A DNA stretch of 64,000 nt from a bacterium (GCA_040003345.1 JBDUCR010000035.1:2244-66243); one strand, 5' to 3'; positions 18,008 to 27,146 are shown, counted from the first letter of the stretch. The notes: a model not told the origin generated them from the letters alone. Program-made: numbers and translations.

Positions 18008-21000
18008 ATGAGAAGCATGACGTACATCCGTCTTTCGATCGTCGGAGACTGTCGCATCGACGTTGATGGCGTCGCGATCACGCCGGCGTCGCCGCATCTG
18101 TTCGCGGTACTACTCATCCTCGCCGGTCGGCGAGAGGGGCAGCTCAGCCGGAACGACCTTCAGAAGCTGCTGTTCGAACCGAACGTGGCTCCGGAACAAG
18201 CATCTCACAATCTGCGGCAATTGCTGTATCGCGTCCGCCGCTTAGGAATCCGAGTCGATGAAGGCTCGTCCGGACTTTCGCTCGCCGACGTTCACGTTTG
18301 TGATCCGCTGCAGGAGACTATCGATCTCGGCGCACCGGGCCGCGCGCGGCAATCACCAGCGGCATATCGCGTTTTGCCGATATACGCTCCGCGCTTGCCG
18401 AAGTCATTTGCACACTGGGTCGACGACTTCGCGGATTGCCTGAATGGCCAACTCCGCAGCCTGTTACTCGAGGATCTCGAGCAGGCCCGCGCATCGCATT
18501 CGTGGGCGGACGCACTGACACTCTGCGACTCTCTCACGCACATCGATCCGTGCAATGCCGTCCTTCTTCGTTCGAGGGCGGAGGCGCTGGCGATGCTTGG
18601 ACGCAGGCGCGATGCACTCGCGGTGCTGGATCAGTTTCTCCAAGAGAACACGGATGACGATTGCGCGGTCAAAGCAGCGCGCGTGCTTCGTACACGCATC
18701 GAGAAATCTCCATCGCTCAAACGTGTCACCCCCCTAAAGGCGCGCGCCACGTCTCTCGCATTTCTCGATCACGAGTGGGCGAAGGCCACCACGGAAGGGG
18801 CGAGCTTGAGCGCGATAGTCGGCCAAGCTGGAATAGGCAAAACACGATTGTCCGAGGAGCACGCGGCGCGTGTCTCGTTAGCCGGAGGTCGCGTAATTCG
18901 ATATGTGTGCGATAGTCAGTCGAAGACACAGCCACTTTCCTTGTTTTCTCAGATATTAGCTGAACTCTGTTCCGCTCGTGGCAGCCTTGGAGCCTCTCCG
19001 GAACATGCACGAGCACTCGCACGACTCCGCACAGAGGCTCAAACACTGACCGAAGGCTGTGTGGAGAGTACTTCGATTGAAATCCGTAGAGCAGAGATTC
19101 AATATGCTCTTATCGATTTGATCGAGGCTGTCAGTGCGGAACGATCGCTGTTGCTTTTGATTGATGACGCTCACTACCTCGACGAGGCATCGCGTTCCGT
19201 TATCCGCGGGCTTGTCAACAATAGCGATGCCCGAGCGCAGGTTCTCGTTTGCCTTCGCCCTTCGTCGAACAACTCCTCGCTGCTTGCCGCGACGACTAAA
19301 ACGGCGATCCACGAACTATGTCCGCTGTCGGCGGCAGACAGCCGTGATCTTGTCACGCTTCTGCAGGGTGGCATCATCCCGGACGAGGAGCACGTGACCT
19401 GGTGCGTGGAACAGTCGGCTGGCAATCCGTTCTTCCTGCACGCGCTTGCGCTTCATCGAGGGAGCACGTCCACCAGTATTCCATTCCGTATCCAGTCTCA
19501 CGCAGCGAGCTCGTATTCGTCTCTTGCGGAGGCGAGCCGTAGCGTGCTCGAGGCCTGCTTGCTTCTCGCTCGGTTTGCGACCCTGGATCGCACGCGCGCG
19601 GTTGTCGGCATCGATAACGCCTGCCTTCTCTCAGCCTTTCGAGAGCTCGAGGAATACGGGCTCATTGAGTTTCGACAGGGCAGGCTCTACGGCCCACACG
19701 CGCTCATACACGACGCGTTGCTGGATTTGATCCCCACGTCGGTCGCGGCGCTTCATCATCGACGAATTGCGGAACTGCTTGAGCAGGAGTGTGTTGCAGA
19801 GCAATACGATTCTTTACTGGCATGGTCGTGCGCTCAGAGCTGGCTTGCCGCTGGGAATCCAGTTGCTGCCACTCGACTTATGCGTCGATGCGCCAGTCAG
19901 GCCGCCGCTCTCGGGGAGCCGTCGGCAGCAGCTGGATTTCTTCTTCAGCTTCTCACCTCAGCGGTGCCGTCGTCACTGAAGGGTGAGTTACTGGATGACA
20001 TCATCCACTATGCGCAGGTTGGAGGGGCCTTTCAAATATCCGCTTCGGCGCTCAGAGACAGGCTTCAGCTCGCAATCGAGCGCGGTGAGAGCGAAGGCGA
20101 TCGCAAGTCAATACAATTTCAAGTAATCGAAGCCGATCTTCTCAACGGCGCGCCAGTAGCCAGCACTCTTGCGTCCCTCATGGACCTTCTACACGACCTC
20201 TCGGCGCCGGTCTCGATCCGCACGAGGGCTGGCGTTCGATTGATTGTGATAGCCGACCTGAATTACGATGCAGTTTTGGCGAACAGCGTGTATTCCGTTC
20301 TACGTACGATCGGCATCAGCGACCTTCAACAATCGTCACATCTAACGCGCGCCGAACTGGTTTATCACGTCACGTTTGGTGACCCTGCGCGCGCACGCTT
20401 ACTCGCGGCAACACTGCTGTCGGCGTTTCCTGAACCTGACGTGCTTGAATGCGCAACCCGTGCTCGCACCTATGCGGCTTTCGCGTATTATCGAATGCGT
20501 GAAACGTCCAAGTCCCGCGAGCTCTGCGAAGCTGAGTATGCGTTCATGAAGGCGAGTGGAGCGTTCCAGTCCGCACTGTATGCTGCATCGTTGCTAACAG
20601 AAATTGCCATTACCGATGGTGACTTCGTGTCAGCGACCAAGTGGCTCGAGACCGAGAACGCTGGCTATGGAGTCGTATCGCAGCGCCCGCACTCACCTAG
20701 CCTTTGCTATTGCGCCAACGCGGCGGAACTCGCGATGATGCGAGGTGCCTTTGATGAGGCTGAGCGATTTGTTGCCCCACTCGCTGGTAACTCGTTGCTG
20801 TCCGCTCCGCGATTGAAAGCGGTATCGCTGGCATTGCTGATTCGATTGCAACAGCGTCGCGCCGAGACGAAGGTCGCAGGCGCCGACGTCGCGCTGCTTT
20901 TCGATTTGTATCAGAAAGGATGCGATTTGGGAGGCCAGGATGCCGTCGTTGAGGCGCTGTGGTGCTGTGAGATCATCACTGGCAACGCGACGGGAGCTTC

Positions 21001-21259
21001 ACGGCTTCTTCGGGACTATCTCGCAAATCATCGTCGCGAACGAGGACGCCCGGACTGGTCATTGAGACACACTACGGCTGCGGATGATGCGTGGGTCGAA
21101 TTCATTCCTGCATTGCCAAAGGTCGTGCGGGGCAGTGATAGACGATCTTCTGACCGGGCGTATTCCCGAGCCGCCTATGCTGCGCTCAACAGTGAGCGCG
21201 CCAACAGCGACGCAGCGAAGGCATCACATCCGCTTCCTGACAGGCTGGTCTTAGGATAG
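18008..21259 (+). CDS. SARP/AfsR-like STAND regulator, paralogue 3
   Basis: wHTH-like HLFAVLLILAGRREGQLSRNDLQKLLF...QASHNLRQLLYRVRRLG. BTAD-like IDPCNAVLLRSRAEALAMLGRRRDALAVLDQF. Walker A GQAGIGKT and Walker B LLLLIDDAHYLDE. C-terminal block GGQDAVVEALW...YLANHRRE, plus an extra ~70-aa tail. Confidence 0.85.
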   Translation: MRSMTYIRLSIVGDCRIDVDGVAITPASPHLFAVLLILAGRREGQLSRNDLQKLLFEPNVAPEQASHNLRQLLYRVRRLGIRVDEGSSGLSLADVHVCDPLQETIDLGAPGRARQSPAAYRVLPIYAPRLPKSFAHWVDDFADCLNGQLRSLLLEDLEQARASHSWADALTLCDSLTHIDPCNAVLLRSRAEALAMLGRRRDALAVLDQFLQENTDDDCAVKAARVLRTRIEKSPSLKRVTPLKARATSLAFLDHEWAKATTEGASLSAIVGQAGIGKTRLSEEHAARVSLAGGRVIRYVCDSQSKTQPLSLFSQILAELCSARGSLGASPEHARALARLRTEAQTLTEGCVESTSIEIRRAEIQYALIDLIEAVSAERSLLLLIDDAHYLDEASRSVIRGLVNNSDARAQVLVCLRPSSNNSSLLAATTKTAIHELCPLSAADSRDLVTLLQGGIIPDEEHVTWCVEQSAGNPFFLHALALHRGSTSTSIPFRIQSHAASSYSSLAEASRSVLEACLLLARFATLDRTRAVVGIDNACLLSAFRELEEYGLIEFRQGRLYGPHALIHDALLDLIPTSVAALHHRRIAELLEQECVAEQYDSLLAWSCAQSWLAAGNPVAATRLMRRCASQAAALGEPSAAAGFLLQLLTSAVPSSLKGELLDDIIHYAQVGGAFQISASALRDRLQLAIERGESEGDRKSIQFQVIEADLLNGAPVASTLASLMDLLHDLSAPVSIRTRAGVRLIVIADLNYDAVLANSVYSVLRTIGISDLQQSSHLTRAELVYHVTFGDPARARLLAATLLSAFPEPDVLECATRARTYAAFAYYRMRETSKSRELCEAEYAFMKASGAFQSALYAASLLTEIAITDGDFVSATKWLETENAGYGVVSQRPHSPSLCYCANAAELAMMRGAFDEAERFVAPLAGNSLLSAPRLKAVSLALLIRLQQRRAETKVAGADVALLFDLYQKGCDLGGQDAVVEALWCCEIITGNATGASRLLRDYLANHRRERGRPDWSLRHTTAADDAWVEFIPALPKVVRGSDRRSSDRAYSRAAYAALNSERANSDAAKASHPLPDRLVLG

Positions 21260-21319
21260 GCCGGTGCGCTCGACGGTTGCTTCAGCACGCGCAACTACGG
21301 ATGACGTATAGACTTGCCG

Positions 21320-22645
21320 TCAGCGCGGCGCTCCGACTGTCATCAACCGTAGTTTGCTGACGCGAGAGGTGGCACGATCGGCCGGCGGAAAAAGCCAGCC
21401 CCAAAAGTCGCTGGCTAACAACTGATCAGCGATCTGTGGATCAAACTGCCTTCCGCGACACCGAATGATTTCGGCGCGAACGACATCTTCGCCAAGAGAG
21501 CCGCGATACGGTCGCTCGGTTGTCATCGCGTCGAAAGTGTCGGCGAACATGATGATTCGCGATGCGATTGGAATGGCTTCTTGTTTCAAGCCCCTTGGGT
21601 AACCCGTCCCGTCCCAATTCTCGTGATGGTGACGCACCGCGGGAACCAATTCCCGAAGGCGCGTCATTGTTGCGATAAGCTGCGCGCCATCCTCTGGATG
21701 TTCTTTGATGACAGCCCACTCCTCAGGAGTTAAGCGTTCTTCTTTCGCTAAGATGGGCGCGTATTTGTCGTATATCTTCCCGACGTCATGCAAGAGCGCA
21801 GCAGTTCCTATTTTCTCAACCTCAGTAGCCGGCAAGCCAAGCAGGCGGGCGATCTTGATCGCGTATTCCTTGACTCTCCTCGAATGACCGGAGGTGTAGG
21901 GATCGCGTGCCTCGATCGATTTGACCATCAGTTCGAGCAACTCCTTATTCGTCTGAGCCAGCTCGAGATTCGCCGTATTCATCTGCCGAATTCCGAGAAT
22001 TGGCAACCAGAGCAAAGACGCAAACAGCGGACCGAACCGGGAGTACACCCAAGCGAATGCAAAAACCACGGGCAGCGCCATAATGTCGAGACCAACCGTT
22101 GACGCATTGTTCTCGCGCCAGACATGCATCGTCCGCGCGTTTGTGGAAAGCGCGATTACATGGCTCACTTGCAGCGTGTTCATGATAAAAACGACCGCGT
22201 ACGCAATAACGAGCGGGACGCCGACGAGTAGAGTTATCGCGTAAACCGATAACTCTTGAAGTCCGAAAAGGCTTACTCCTCCGAGCGTGCGATATACGAT
22301 AATCCCGAGCGAATAGCTCAGGATGATTTCACTACAGTTGAAGATGATCTTAAGCGGCTCCTTTTTTTTTGTAGTCTCCGAAATCACATGGGCTGCGCCG
22401 ATCGCCGCGAGCGCCGCGAAATTGGGCACCAACATCAGCGTCGTTAGGTAGGGAATAAATGAAATCGAACCTGATGCACCAGCCGGAAGCAGGAAACCCA
22501 TCAACTCTGCCGTAAGGGCGAGAAGTGATAAGGTCACTATTGTTCCTAGATTGAAGTCCGCAGCCGGAGGTGCGACGCGCCAGACCACGACGCACGCACC
22601 AATCGCTAGAGCGCAAATCAATTGTATGAATGACTTTGCTTTCAT
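21320..22645 (-). CDS. multi-TM HD-GYP domain protein (predicted cyclic-di-GMP phosphodiesterase)
   Basis: About 230-aa N-terminal region with 7-8 hydrophobic helices, then HSRRVKEYA, ALLHDVGKIY and HHENWDGTGYPRGL (HD and GYP signatures). Visibly lower G+C than the flanks. Confidence 0.85.
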   Translation of the reverse strand: MKAKSFIQLICALAIGACVVVWRVAPPAADFNLGTIVTLSLLALTAELMGFLLPAGASGSISFIPYLTTLMLVPNFAALAAIGAAHVISETTKKKEPLKIIFNCSEIILSYSLGIIVYRTLGGVSLFGLQELSVYAITLLVGVPLVIAYAVVFIMNTLQVSHVIALSTNARTMHVWRENNASTVGLDIMALPVVFAFAWVYSRFGPLFASLLWLPILGIRQMNTANLELAQTNKELLELMVKSIEARDPYTSGHSRRVKEYAIKIARLLGLPATEVEKIGTAALLHDVGKIYDKYAPILAKEERLTPEEWAVIKEHPEDGAQLIATMTRLRELVPAVRHHHENWDGTGYPRGLKQEAIPIASRIIMFADTFDAMTTERPYRGSLGEDVVRAEIIRCRGRQFDPQIADQLLASDFWGWLFPPADRATSRVSKLRLMTVGAPR

Positions 22646-22895
22646 GTGAGCAGGTACAGATAAAGTTGGTTGCGACCGCCCTTTTGCCGCTCACTCGTTC
22701 ATCAATTCCACGCGTTCGTACCGGCGAAACAGAACGAGAAAAACGCACTTAGAAACTTTGACATACGCGTCACCCCCTCTCCAAGAAAGCCGTGGATTGT
22801 CCACGTCAGTCCAGATTGTTGGCTCCGCTCGTATTCTTAAAGTTTCGCTCCGCTAACTACCGCTCTAGCAAAAGGGTCGGCCCGCACCAATACCA

Positions 22896-23678
22896 TCACA
22901 ACTCCACCCACCGATTCGTTGCATCCAACACCGCCAACACACTGGCAGTCTCTATCCCATCCTTGATCTCCGCACTCCCCGTCAGCAGCGCCGATTCACG
23001 CCCAAATCGCGTCGTCAGCGCAACGAAGACGAACTGACGCTCGAAAGCGTCAATCAGCTTTGCGCCCTCGAAGACGAGCGAACGTCCCTCGGTATCAGCC
23101 TGCTGCACCGCGACAACCGCAGCCTTAGCCGCCGTCTCCGTCCGCAGCCGATCGCTCTCGAGCCCCGTCGCCTCGCCAACGAACACGGCGTCGCCCTGAC
23201 GCACCGTTACGCGACAGCTCATGCCGCTCGCACGCGAGCGTTTGACCTCGACATCCTCGAAGTACAAACGACGCTTCCTCGACATCGGCTCCTGCAAATC
23301 CTCCGGGATCGTCACGAGCGTTCCGATCGGCGGCGTCATCCGCGCCGCACGAATCGCCTCGGCCGCTGGACCCTCGCTCGTCGCCACCGAAATCTTCTTG
23401 TGGCTCACGCGCATGCCAAGCTGCGCCAGCAGCGCGCTCTCGACGTTGCGCACGGTCTGCTTCGGCGACACGGACGTCGTCGTCAGAACATGCACCTCGG
23501 AGACCTCGCCGGACTCGCCGGGAATGATCCGTACATTCAGGACCCCGGGCAACGTAGCCAGCAGCTCTTCAGCTCGCGCGATCGGTAAAACGGTCCCCGC
23601 GATGGAGGACACGTCACCAATGGCGCGCGCCGGCGCTGAGGCGGGGGCGTTGGAGGGCTTCGCCGACACCGTCAACAA
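22896..23678 (-). CDS. hypothetical protein downstream of the sigma54 activator
   Basis: 260-aa ORF in the same orientation as mogA and the activator, with good third-position GC. TTG start is uncertain. No recognisable motif. Confidence 0.45.
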   Translation of the reverse strand: MLTVSAKPSNAPASAPARAIGDVSSIAGTVLPIARAEELLATLPGVLNVRIIPGESGEVSEVHVLTTTSVSPKQTVRNVESALLAQLGMRVSHKKISVATSEGPAAEAIRAARMTPPIGTLVTIPEDLQEPMSRKRRLYFEDVEVKRSRASGMSCRVTVRQGDAVFVGEATGLESDRLRTETAAKAAVVAVQQADTEGRSLVFEGAKLIDAFERQFVFVALTTRFGRESALLTGSAEIKDGIETASVLAVLDATNRWVEL

Positions 23679-23791
23679 TGTCTTTTTTGGGGGGAAGTGC
23701 GATCGGTGGGACTAGCGGGGAACTTCAGAACGCCGATGAGCTGGCTATTCTAGCGTACCATCGCCGGCACGCTACATGTCGCCAATAGTGC

Positions 23792-23809
23792 GCTTAAGAA
23801 TATTTAAGC
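23792..23809. repeat. AT-rich palindrome GCTTAA-GAATAT-TTAAGC
   Basis: Perfect 6-bp arms with a 6-nt spacer, 11-28 nt downstream of the activator stop codon (23820-23822). No U-tract follows on the transcribed strand. Confidence 0.6.
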
Positions 23810-23819
23810 TTGTGACGGA

Positions 23820-25388
23820 CTAGTCAAGAGAATACTCATGTTCGGGCAACCGGTACTCCTTGATCTTCCTGTACAGCGTCCGCTCTCCGATCCCAAGCAA
23901 GTCCGCCGCACGCCTGCGATTTCCCCGCGTCTCCTTCAAAGCCGCTTCTATTACCGCACGCTCCACTTCCGTCATTTTTGTGCCCGGAATCACAGTAACG
24001 ACGTTCGGAGGGGGTGTTTCGTCACGAGGACCAATCGCCGCCACTCCAACACCCGTTCCACCAGGTGCAACGACCTCACCTATAAAACCACTACGGCCGC
24101 CCGTGATCGAACTGGAACCCCGATCATCATCCATCCGCCGCCGTAATTCCTCCATCTGCAGCTTCAGCTCGAGCAGACTCCTGAGGATGAACTCGAGCTC
24201 CCGACCTTCCGCCTGACCCGACGCGCGACTGATCGGACCCACCCGCACCGGCAGAAACCTGGCACTGCCGCCGTCGCGGATCTGCCGCGGAAGGTCCTCC
24301 GGCCCGATCTCCCGCCCATGTGAGAGCACGACCATACTCTCCACGAGATTCCGCAGCTCACGCACATTCCCCGGCCACGGATACTGCATCAGCATCTCCA
24401 TCGCCTCAGCAGAAATGCCGGGAAAGGGGCGATCGTGCTGCGCCGACAAGTCGCGGATGAACCGCCGGACCAGCAGCGGAATGTCCTCGGGCCGAGCACG
24501 GAGTGGCGGTAGATAGATGCTCAGGACATTCAGTCGATAGTACAGATCCGACCGGAAGCTCCCTTCCTCCACGTGCTCCCGCAGTGGACGATTGGTCGCG
24601 GCAATCACGCGCACGTTCACGTTGATGGACTGCACGCCGCCCACACGGGTGAACTCACGCTCCTCGAGCACGCGCAGGAGTTTCACCTGCGTGGACTGAG
24701 GAATTTCGCCGATCTCGTCGAGAAAGAGCGTCCCACCATCCGCCAGCTCAAAGCGCCCAAGCCGCCGTTCGGCCGCGCCGGTGAACGCGCCCTTCTCATG
24801 ACCGAATAGCTCGCTCTCGAGCAGGGTCTCGGGCAACGCACCCACGTTCACGGCGATGAACGGTTTGTTGCGCCGAGGGCCAAGTGCGGCCAGCGCGCGT
24901 GCGACGAGCTCCTTGCCCGTACCACTCTCTCCCTCGACGAGCACCGTGCTACTCACGGGCGCCATCTGCTCGACCTTGACCATCACTTCGCGCAGCGGCT
25001 CGCTCTCGCCTATGAGACCAGTCGTCTCCTGGAGCGCATGACGCTCCATCAGGCGGCGCACCCCAAGCGCGACGTCGTCCACGACGATCGGCTTCGAGAA
25101 CAGCTCGACGTAGCCGAGCGTGCGGAGGCGTTCGCGCTGCAGCGCGTCGTCGCCGCCCATGAGGCCAACCACGGGTGTGCCCTCCCACAGCATCTCACGC
25201 ACGAGCGTGAGATTCGCCGGATCGGTCAGCTCCGCACTGAGCACAATGAGCTGCGGCTTCGCCCGCTTGATCTCGGCGCGCATGTCATCGAGTGGACTGA
25301 CGACGGCGGTCTCGACGCCATCGGCTTCGAGGCGCGCATTGAGCCGGACCGCGGGCTCGACGTCATGAAGCGTGATGAGGACGCTCAT
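23820..25388 (-). CDS. sigma54-dependent enhancer-binding protein (NtrC/Fis family) with degenerate receiver domain
   Basis: Start at the ATG at 25388 (MSVLITLHD), which overlaps the mogA stop as ATGA. AAA+ Walker A GESGTGKE, the sigma54-contact loop GAFTGA, and a C-terminal Fis-type HTH (AADLLGIGERTLYRKIKEY). In the receiver-like N-terminus the acceptor position reads LIVLSAEL (Ser instead of Asp). Confidence 0.9.
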   Translation of the reverse strand: MSVLITLHDVEPAVRLNARLEADGVETAVVSPLDDMRAEIKRAKPQLIVLSAELTDPANLTLVREMLWEGTPVVGLMGGDDALQRERLRTLGYVELFSKPIVVDDVALGVRRLMERHALQETTGLIGESEPLREVMVKVEQMAPVSSTVLVEGESGTGKELVARALAALGPRRNKPFIAVNVGALPETLLESELFGHEKGAFTGAAERRLGRFELADGGTLFLDEIGEIPQSTQVKLLRVLEEREFTRVGGVQSINVNVRVIAATNRPLREHVEEGSFRSDLYYRLNVLSIYLPPLRARPEDIPLLVRRFIRDLSAQHDRPFPGISAEAMEMLMQYPWPGNVRELRNLVESMVVLSHGREIGPEDLPRQIRDGGSARFLPVRVGPISRASGQAEGRELEFILRSLLELKLQMEELRRRMDDDRGSSSITGGRSGFIGEVVAPGGTGVGVAAIGPRDETPPPNVVTVIPGTKMTEVERAVIEAALKETRGNRRRAADLLGIGERTLYRKIKEYRLPEHEYSLD

Positions 25389-25879
25389 GCGCCGGCTCCA
25401 GCGTGATCGGTGACCGCGCCGCGGAGAATATCGACGGCGTGCCCGATGATCGGCTGTACTGCGTCGAGCGACTCGCGCACTCCGGAGGTGGAGCCCGGAA
25501 GGTTTATGATGAGTGTACGATTGCGTACACCAGCGATTCCCCGCCCCAGTGCCGCCCGGGGAAAGTTGGCGCCGGTGACCGTTCGAATGCGTTCGGCAAT
25601 GCCAGGTACTTCGCGCTCGATCACCGCCTTCGTCGCCTCCGGAGTGACATCGCGCGCGCTCAGTCCGGTGCCGCCTGTCGTTAACACGACGTCCGCGACA
25701 TCGGCGTCGCACCAGGAGATGAGCTGCCGCACGATCGCGACAGTGTCGTCAGCGACGAGCGCACGCGCAGCGACCGTCGCCGACTGTGCTTCGGCCCACG
25801 CGGCAGCCGAGTCGCCGCTGGTATCGGCGCGCTCGCCGCGAGCTCCGGCGTCGGAGATGGTAAGGACTGCGATTCTCAA
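25385..25879 (-). CDS. mogA: MogA/MoaB-family molybdenum cofactor biosynthesis protein
   Basis: IAVLTISD, the VVLTTGGTGLSARDVTPEA motif and INLPGS. Confidence 0.85.
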   Translation of the reverse strand: MRIAVLTISDAGARGERADTSGDSAAAWAEAQSATVAARALVADDTVAIVRQLISWCDADVADVVLTTGGTGLSARDVTPEATKAVIEREVPGIAERIRTVTGANFPRAALGRGIAGVRNRTLIINLPGSTSGVRESLDAVQPIIGHAVDILRGAVTDHAGAGA

Positions 25880-25907
25880 GGTGCTGATCCTTCGATGGCT
25901 CGAGCTA

Positions 25908-27017
25908 CTACAGGTGGGATGCGTTCTTGTAGAACGGCGGCTTGGTCACCGTGGCAGGTACACGTTTTCCGCGGATCTCGATCTCGAAGGTGGTGCCTTC
26001 CTTTGACGCTTCTGTCGGGAGATACGCCGTTCCGATGGGAATACCGAGCGTTGGGCTCATCGTCCCGCTGCACACCACGCCACTGGGCTGGCCGTTGCAG
26101 AACACAGGATATCCGTGGCGAGGAAAATTCCGGTCCTGCATCGTGAAGCCGACGAGCTTCTTCGCGAGGCCCTGCTCTTTCTGCTTCACGAGCACGTCCT
26201 TTCCGACGAAATCTCCCTTGGGCAGCTTCACGAGCCACGCGAGATTCGCTTCGAGCGGCGTGACCGTGTCGTCGATGTCGTTTCCGTAGAGCGCCATACC
26301 CATTTCGAGACGCAGGGAGTCGCGCGCCCCAAGTCCCGCCGGTGTGATCTGGCCGGTAGCCATCAGTGCCTTCCAGATCGGGACGGCGGATCCGTTGGCG
26401 ATGTACAGCTCGAAACCATCCTCGCCCGTGTAGCCTGTGCGCGAGATGATCGCAGGTTGTCCAGCGACTTTCCCTTCGGCGAAGTGGTAGTACTTGATCG
26501 CCGAGAGATCCGTTTCGGTGAGCGGCTGAAGGATGCCGGCGGTTTTCGGCCCCTGCACTGCGAGCAGCGTCATCTCGTCGGTGGCATCGTGGATGTCCAC
26601 GCCAAATGCAGCGGCGTGACGCGCGATGTGTGCGTAGTCCTTCGGCGCATTGCTCGCGTTCACGACCATCATGATCTTGTTCGGGAAGCGATAGACGAGA
26701 CAATCGTCCTCGATGGTGCCGCGGTCGTTGAGGATCGTCGAGTAATGCGCCTGACCGACAGCGAGTGCTGCGACGTTGTTGGTAGTCACGTGGTTCACGA
26801 AGTCGACGGCTTTCGCACCGTTGATCCAGAACTCGCCCATGTGCGATACGTCGAACACACCGCATCCCTCACGTACCGCCTTGTGCTCGGCGGTAATGCC
26901 GCTGGGGTATTGCACCGGCATTTCATAGCCGGCGAAGGGTACGATCTTGGCGCCGAGTGCGACGTGGATGTCGTGAAGCGGCGTGCGCTTGAGTGGTGCG
27001 GATGGTGCGTCGGACAT
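25908..27017 (-). CDS. gcvT: glycine cleavage system T protein (aminomethyltransferase)
   Basis: Start moved to the ATG at 27017 (MSDAPSAPLKRTPLHD...). Motifs FAGYEMPVQY, GVFDVSHMGEF and RDSLRLE. Confidence 0.9.
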   Translation of the reverse strand: MSDAPSAPLKRTPLHDIHVALGAKIVPFAGYEMPVQYPSGITAEHKAVREGCGVFDVSHMGEFWINGAKAVDFVNHVTTNNVAALAVGQAHYSTILNDRGTIEDDCLVYRFPNKIMMVVNASNAPKDYAHIARHAAAFGVDIHDATDEMTLLAVQGPKTAGILQPLTETDLSAIKYYHFAEGKVAGQPAIISRTGYTGEDGFELYIANGSAVPIWKALMATGQITPAGLGARDSLRLEMGMALYGNDIDDTVTPLEANLAWLVKLPKGDFVGKDVLVKQKEQGLAKKLVGFTMQDRNFPRHGYPVFCNGQPSGVVCSGTMSPTLGIPIGTAYLPTEASKEGTTFEIEIRGKRVPATVTKPPFYKNASHL

Positions 27018-27146
27018 GTATGAATGTGCAGTTGAGGGCGGACGCGGAATATGCGCAGATGGCATCCCTGTGTGCCAGTGTGACAGGATCGATGGCGGCA
27101 TGCGCGTTGCCCCGAATCGGTCCGTGCCCAAATGGAGTGAATCATC

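Noticed and set aside
27062-27077. sigma54-like element on the minus strand upstream of gcvT (TGGCACACAGGGATGC).
   Set aside because: The spacing is again one nucleotide too long and the -12 element (ATGC) is degenerate, so it is probably chance in GC-rich DNA.
27018-27146. Possible glycine riboswitch in the gcvT leader. On the minus strand it contains a CCGAUUCGG hairpin followed by GGCAAC, and later CUGGCACACAGGGA, vaguely like the ACCGAAGGGGCAA and CUCAGGCAAAAGGAC cores.
   Set aside because: The invariant GGAGAG and CGCCGAAGG(A/G)GCAA core strings are not present. The 129-nt divergent intergenic region leaves little room for a promoter plus an aptamer. A cmsearch with Rfam RF00504 would settle it; a bit score above the gathering threshold would overturn this rejection.
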